In this document: piece after piece, positions 58,117 through 64,000 of the stretch | Numbering within the stretch: position 1 is the stretch's first letter | Layout: every line of letters begins with the position of its first letter | NCBI GenBank assembly: GCA_051047955.1 | Contig: JBPGPT010000002.1 | Location: forward strand, 248,001 to 312,000 | Direction of reading: 5' to 3' | DNA: 64,000 nucleotides | From: Cystobasidiomycetes sp. EMM_F5 | Lineage: Eukaryota | Notes under the pieces: generated by a model | The model's input: only the letters and a program-made list of their open reading frames with translations | What the model was told of the DNA's origin: nothing | Databases searched by the model: none | Program-made: the position numbers and the translations under genes

Positions 58117-58470
58117 AGCCCACGCCCGAGCATGCGTACTATCTGTAAAACGCAGGGCGGCGTGAGCGCGACGCCCGGCTTTGCTGAGTCGCTCGGCGAA
58201 AATGGAGGTTGCGCTCTCTGGCTCAGACGAGAAGCTATCAGCTATCGGTTATCGGAATGCAGTTGTCTGTTCAACGTACGTCGTAACTTCGCCCGAGGCT
58301 AGCCCCACGCCCGAGCATGCGTACTGTCTGTACAACGAATTCTGACCTTGCCGAACCGCTCGGAGCAGCCTCTCGAAAGCATCGTCGGGCGCATCGCGAT
58401 CAGACTGCTTGGCTATACGGTGAATCGGAATTGAACAAGGCGTCAATGATTGCAGAACGCAAGTCGTAAG
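58117..58470. repeat. Diverged tandem duplication, period ~185 bp, with a 34-bp near-identical core
   Basis: CCCACGCCCGAGCATGCGTACT(A/G)TCTGTA(A/C)AACG at 58119-58152 and 58304-58337, followed by further matching blocks (TTGC.GA..CGCTCGG; TCAGAC; GCTAT..CGGT..ATCGGAAT; AACG...GTCGTAA). Confidence 0.8.
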
Positions 58471-58886
58471 ATCGTGATGCCCGGATTACTGAGGCGAATG
58501 CACAAGCTTCTCCGAACTCAACTGAACAAGGGGGACGAGTCCATCAGGCTGGAATGGTAGTATCTGTTTTAAAGTCGCAAGATGTGAGACAGGCGCTGCG
58601 CCAGCCAAGTATGGCCACCCAAGCAGCGAGAATATTGCCATACCGCTGCAGCCGAAGCGCAGACATCCACGCAATAATATTCGTCACGTGCTATCTGTAC
58701 AGGCTCAGTTTGCTGGAAACGTCTATTGCACAGCCGGTAAACTTCTACGACCTTCCTATCCAGAAGTTGACATTGCCCGTCCTAGGATTGGTGGGACAGC
58801 CCCCCACGCAAATATAGACCAGGCACCGTCAGCAGCGGCAAAGTGGCGAATGAAATACAAGGGGGATAAGAGGTCTGACTAAAAGG

Positions 58887-58893
58887 TATAAAT
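58887..58893 (+). promoter_or_regulatory. TATA box of the metallothionein-like gene
   Basis: TATAAAT about 120 bp upstream of ATG 59014, followed by a C/A-rich leader and CAACATG start context. Confidence 0.65.
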
Positions 58894-59013
58894 TGGGCCA
58901 TTGGCTTGCGCTGCAGGTTGCTTCTGCTCCATCCACATCAGCATCTTCCAACCCCAAACCTGTCAAAGGCAAATCAGACCTCTACTCCATCTCAAACTCA
59001 AAGCTCAATCAAC

Positions 59014-59245
59014 ATGACTTCCTGCTCTTGCTCCTGTACGTATCCGTCTTCGCTTATTGCCCATGATGTACACCGTCGTTGACTCTGCTGTCACTCGCAG
59101 GCACCAACTGCACCTGCACCAACTGCACTTGCTCCAAGTGAGCGCTATCAGCAATGGCCTGCGCATCGACTTTGTGCGTCATCCTTTGTTCAATGCCAAG
59201 CTTGTTAGTATGCGGATGCTGACTACATTGTGCACGTACAGCTAG
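59014..59245 (+). CDS. Very small metallothionein-like peptide MTSCSCSCTNCTCTNCTCSN (20 aa, 7 Cys)
   Basis: Exons 59014-59035, 59101-59137, 59242-59245; canonical introns GTACGT..TTGAC..CAG and GTGAGC..GCTGAC..CAG; CxC/CxxC pattern, no aromatic residues. Confidence 0.85.
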
Positions 59246-59660
59246 CGAGGTCAGCGCGTCTTCGTTTGACAGGCATACGTTGCCTCTGACCCGATGTCAG
59301 ACTGTGTGAATGCAAACATTCGCAGCGGTGTAGATCAGCCCGATATACGTTATGTAGTACTATCAGCGTTGTCTGTCCTGATCTGTCAGTAACGCTTCAA
59401 ACTCTCAACATCTTGCGTAGCCGGTCCTGCTTGCACGTTATTGACAGGGCGTTTTGTCGTGACGCTTTCATTTCGCCGTGAGAAAGCGTGCAACGACTCC
59501 GGGGTTCTTGACGCCTTTTAGCCAGCGAACTCGAAGAAGGAAGAGAAGTAAAGCATAGAATGATTCATAAATAGACCAAACCGAAGCACAACGATTTTCC
59601 AAATACCAGACCGTCAATGATTGCGCTTTTGCGTATGCATGAATCGTGGTCCAGAAGCCT

Positions 59661-60651
59661 CTACCTAGCCGTCAACATTTTTACGAACTCATCGTAGTTG
59701 ATCTGGCCGTCTCCATCCACGTCTGTCATGCAATATGCGCAGCAATTTAGAAATTTCCATAGTCGTACAACAAGGATGAGAAAACTCACCAGCTTCGCGA
59801 ATCATTTCCTCGACTTCGGTATCAGATAGCTTTTCGCCGAGGTTGGTCATGACGTGTCTCAGCTCGGCAGCAGAAATGAAACCGTTGCCGTCCTTGTCGA
59901 AGACCTTGAATGCCTCCTTGATCTCCTCCTCACTGTCGGTGTCTTTCATTTTTCGGGCCATCATGGTCAGGAATTCGGCTGTAGCATGCGACCAGACCTT
60001 ATCAGGAGAACGCTGGAATGCAGGATTAGGATAAAGTGGCTTACGAAAGTCGATGGTACCGTTGCTGTCGGTATCTACTTCGTTGATCATGTCTTGTAAT
60101 TCGGCCTCGGTTGGGTTCTGGCCCAGCGACCGCATCACGGTTCCGAGCTCCTTGGTGGTGATTGTGCCATCTCCATCTGAGAGCACCATAGTAGTTAGTG
60201 TCAAGCAACTCCAAGACAGCTCTATTGATGCCTCTCTCACCCTTGTCCTACGTATGAGATCGGGAAGGTCAATGCGACCAAATTGACGAGAGTTAATGTC
60301 AGCAAGGAGGGCGAGCATAAGCTGATCTATCCAACCGTACAAAGAGAGAGAATGCCTCCTTGAACTCTGCGAGGCGCACAAAATGGAACCGGATCAGTGA
60401 TTGACCAAAGACGTGCCTATTGACTTCGCCAGAACGTACCAGAGATTTGCTCTAGATATCGTCGAAACAGGAGATGGGCACGGTCGACGCGCGTATCAGT
60501 GATCTTGCAATGCTCTCTGGCCAAGTGTCCCGACTATGTCCCATTGTAGACTTACCCTCAGTCTGGTCAAACGGGCAGCGAGAATGAGCATGGTTCAGAG
60601 TGCTGCGTGGCCTGCTAGCAGTGAACGTGGACTCACAAGCTGGTCTGCCAT
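59661..60651 (-). CDS. CMD1: Calmodulin
   Basis: Micro-exons give [89 protein letters not shown]. Confidence 0.97.
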
Positions 60652-60860
60652 GTCTGCGTCAAGAAGGGTCTGAGTGGTGTTGCAAGTGCAGACTTGGTGT
60701 CCGTCAGAAAGGCAGCCAGGTGCATCAGGTGAAATCTGGAACAGCTCCGACTGATAGCGACAAGCTTCGAGCTACAGACTGGTATAACTAAGTCTACTAC
60801 TCCATAAGATATATCAGATTCACAGGCTGGGGTTGAGCTGAGTGTCCGCCTCGCTCGAGC

Positions 60861-61510
60861 ATGCAGAGCCAACAAGCTGGTGACCAGCGAAATACAATCT
60901 ATGTCGGTAGGGATAGTCATAGTCTGCCAGCCGTGCCGCGCAAAAGCGTCTGGCTGACTTCTATCGTTATATGCCAGGCGGATTCGGCCAAGAAATGGAC
61001 TCGACAACCCTATACAGTGCATTCTTACCGTTTGGCGAAATAATGGATGTACAGATACCGCCGGACCCGACAAAGCGTTAGTCGCTAGCGATTCCGATAC
61101 TGAAAGAAAGTTGCTGAAGCTCCCTTCTGACGCAGGAGATAGCGCAACTCACAGAGGATTTGGCTTCGTGACTTTTCAGACTCACGAAGATGCCCTAGAT
61201 GCCGTCGATAACATGCACCTGAATGAGATTGCTGGAAGAGTAGGTTGATATACTACTGAATTTCTCTACGTATGCTCATGCAACTCTACATCAGGTCTTG
61301 AAGGTCAATATAGCCAAGCCGTCCAAAGCGCAAATGAATGTCGGATCCAACAGAGCCAGTGAGTTGGGAAATCTCCATGCAGATTACGGCAGCTTATCAC
61401 AAAAACGATGTTTCGCAGTCTGGGAAGACGAGGAATGGCTCAGACAACACAACAAGCCGCTTGGACAGAGCTCGGCAGCGGATAAGCAAGAGGGAGGGGA
61501 GGAGAGCTGA
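60861..61510 (+). CDS. Single-RRM protein similar to the RRM of cyclophilin E/Cyp33, without a PPIase domain
   Basis: TIYVG|GF..FLPFGEIMDVQIP..HRGFGFVTF..DAVDNMHLNEIAGR|VLKVNIAKP..WEDEEWL. Confidence 0.85.
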
Positions 61511-61615
61511 GAGCAAACCGGTGCTGTGCAGTAAGAAGTATCATCATATCGACGTGTCGTTGTACAATAAGAGTATCTTCAGGCTTATAGCTACAATGGT
61601 CTATGCTTCATATAC

Positions 61616-62374
61616 CTAATCCCGCCAATCGACCTGCCCTTTCAACCATTTGTCCGTCTGCAGCTGACGACGGTACCACAACTTTCTTACCTCCCTAAAC
61701 TGCTTTGCAAAGTCATCTGGCGCGAGCTTTCCATCTAGTAGTGACGATATGAGCGACTCTGATAGCCTATCGTGGTCTCCGAGTGCTTGCCGCAAGCGCA
61801 TCAGCTGTCGTTGCGGGGTGAAGCGCTACAGTGACGGTATATCAGTGATACATCCGAAGTGACTCAAGTTGATGGCCCACTTGGTATGCCTCTGCCTGCT
61901 GCAGGACAGTATGCTGATGCCACCGTTCTTGAAGGCGGCGAGCGTCATCAAACGCAGCCTGAGAGTCCGCTTTCAGTGCTTGGTGCTGCTCCTTGAGAGC
62001 CATGTTGGCAGCTGTGTGTCCGCAATCAGTCTTACCATCCAGTCAATCTCAGTCTGGCATGACGCACCTGTAGCCTGTTCGTTGCGGACAAGATGCTGCT
62101 CGTGCTCGTCGTACATGGCCTTCGCTTGCGGCAGAGTCCCAAAGAGCGCATCAAAGTATGCCGGCGACCGCAGAGCTTCCTCGAGGTCGTCGCGTGTCAG
62201 CTTTGCCGTTGATGGAAACTGCAGCAGCAGCATCTCGGCTGGATCGTTTGAAGGAGCTGCTGCATTGCTGTAGGCTGCAGGCGGATATGGTTGCTGTGCA
62301 GCAGCTACGGGCGTGTACTGTGGTGACTGCGAGTACTGCTGCTGCTGCTGCTGGGCATACTGCTGTGCTGCCAT
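61616..62374 (-). CDS. VPS37: ESCRT-I subunit Vps37 (Mod_r domain)
   Basis: YFDALFGTLPQ..N; LRQAL..DRLSESLISS..FAKQFREVRKLWYRR at the C-terminus. Confidence 0.8.
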
Positions 62375-62465
62375 GAAACAATGGTCGGCAGGATTGGAAG
62401 CTCGACATCCAACTTGAGCATCGTGTTCTGGTCTGCTCTGTACGAGGCTCTGCCGTTATAAACCC

Positions 62466-64000
62466 ATGCCAGTCTCTGCGGAATCGTCCCCGGACAGCAA
62501 GCTCGGTCAAGAGCCAGCTGTGGTGGACGCTGTCGAAGTGACAACGACGACAGCGACGGGCAGTCCCAGAGTCGTCGTATCGAAAGACGAGAGCATCATC
62601 GATGTGGCATTGACGCAGCAACAGGCCCAAGAGCACAGGCAATGGCACGAAGACCGGATACGAAGGCGTCTCTTGAATGAGTACGAGCAGCGAGGTCGCG
62701 CATTGAGCGAAATTGTGTGTCGAAGACTTGGGAAATTGTCATATCGCATCAATCCAAAGAAACTGATGAATCTGCTTCCTGTACTCTCATTTGACTTCTT
62801 CACTGATGTTGTATGCAGGTATCCAACAACCTCGACACTCCTCTACGCCTGAATGCCATTCGCGTCGTCGGAGCCAAACATACGCGGACCGACTTTCTCG
62901 CACGCATTGCCGCACCTTTTCTGTCGGATGACAAAGATGACTCGCAAAGAGCATACAGCGACACTCTGCGAGGTGTCTTGCAAAAGACACGGGGGTTCAG
63001 AGAAGCTCTACAAAAGTTTGACATCTTTTCGGAAATTGAAGAAGGGCTCGAGAGTTCACCAGGAGTGATGAACACTGATCAAGACGTCGACTTGATTGTC
63101 AAAGTCAAGGAGGGGAGCAAATACTTTTTGCGGACAGCGACTGATGTTGGCGATGGGGAAGGGAGTGCGGTACGTTCTCTGCTGGGCGATCTGTGCGTGT
63201 CGTGTACTCTGCTCACACGCACTGCGTACGGCAGACTGCAACAGCACGGATACGAAACGCTTTCGGTGGTGGAGAGACACTGGAAGGCAATGCTTCCTTC
63301 GGAACAAGAACGAAATCTTCATTCCAAGTTCGAGCGGCCACACCTTTATTTGCGGATCCCACAACAACCCTATCACTGAGCGCGTTCGCCATAGAGAGAG
63401 ATCTGTCCTACTTTGCGAGCTGTAGAGAACGCGTGAGGGGAGGTCGCCTGAGCTTTCGGGTACGTAACCTGTCGTTTCCCGCGACGATGGCCGGTCCTTA
63501 GGTTTTTTGCGAACAGGGTCTGTCGGCTCTTGGGGAGCATGAAGTAGCGTACGAAGGAGCTTTACGGAATCTTTGTGACGTCGGCAAGAATGCTTCTATG
63601 ACGTACGCAGACCATGAAGCTGTCCGATGCAAGACTAACTCATTCATGGCTTCATGCCCTATAGTATCCGAAATGCAGCAGGCTTATCTGTGAAATCCGC
63701 TCTTTCGCACACTTTATTAAGAGATACGCGGGACGATCCATTCATCGCAACTCGTGGCATGTATACTCGGCTGGTCCAAGAGTACGCAGGCTTGGGTGGA
63801 GACGCTACATTCATCAAGAGCGAAAATGAAGCGCAGATATCAAGACCCATAGGAGGTGGATGTGTGAGCAGACTCTATGATCTGTCTTGCCAAGTTTCTG
63901 GCTTATACCCTGATTCCCAGACCCTGTCTCTCGCGTTACGAGGCGGCCTTTTATATCCTCTAGGCGGAAAGCCGTCTCACATGCTGGACCGCTTCCACTT
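62466..64000 (+). CDS. SAM50: Mitochondrial outer-membrane SAM complex subunit Sam50 (partial, runs off the window)
   Basis: POTRA-like IRVVGAKHTRTDFL; DVGDGEG; RNAFGGGETL; DTRDDPFIATRG; EYAGLGGDA. Confidence 0.93.

Noticed and set aside
58117..58340. CRISPR-like repeat
   Set aside because: Only two copies, the spacers are similar to each other, the context is eukaryotic and there are no cas genes
59057..59245. ORF-track peptide MPMMYT..HQLHLHQLHLL
   Set aside because: Off-frame reading through the introns and exon 2 of the metallothionein-like gene
62336..62353. (CTG)n microsatellite
   Set aside because: Ordinary short polyQ tract within VPS37

Overview
Gene-dense, intron-rich eukaryotic (fungal) genomic DNA. 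Short GT-AG introns with CTRAC/CTGAC branch sites and many micro-exons, plus basidiomycete-type families (PriA/CPL1-like, DUF6533-like), suggest a basidiomycete, possibly a Pucciniomycotina yeast (inference). About 36 protein-coding genes were reconstructed by hand across introns. Most are housekeeping: SR protein, DCP1, COX19, RBX1, RPP30, RPL24, RAD1/XPF, two tandem acyl-protein thioesterases, YIF1, GST, eIF1A, Elongin C, G-patch/ZnF, AP-1 mu, GUF1, THP3, SEN2, a TauD/BBOX dioxygenase, synaptobrevin, PIG-M, IES2, calmodulin, VPS37 and SAM50. Several are absent from or badly fragmented in the ORF track because of micro-exons. Highlights: (1) a three-exon gene for a 20-aa, 7-Cys metallothionein-like peptide with a TATA box and a diverged ~185-bp upstream duplication; (2) a UGA-CUAG readthrough context followed by a 70-codon open extension ending in PTS1-like SKV; (3) a long TGG-rich intron at the SWQ|DLKD position of the SR gene, a likely unproductive-splicing site; (4) a CtvD/PaxA-like membrane enzyme head-to-head with an Fe/2OG dioxygenase. 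No tRNA, rRNA, CRISPR array or transposon was recognised. Exon boundaries are manual predictions.
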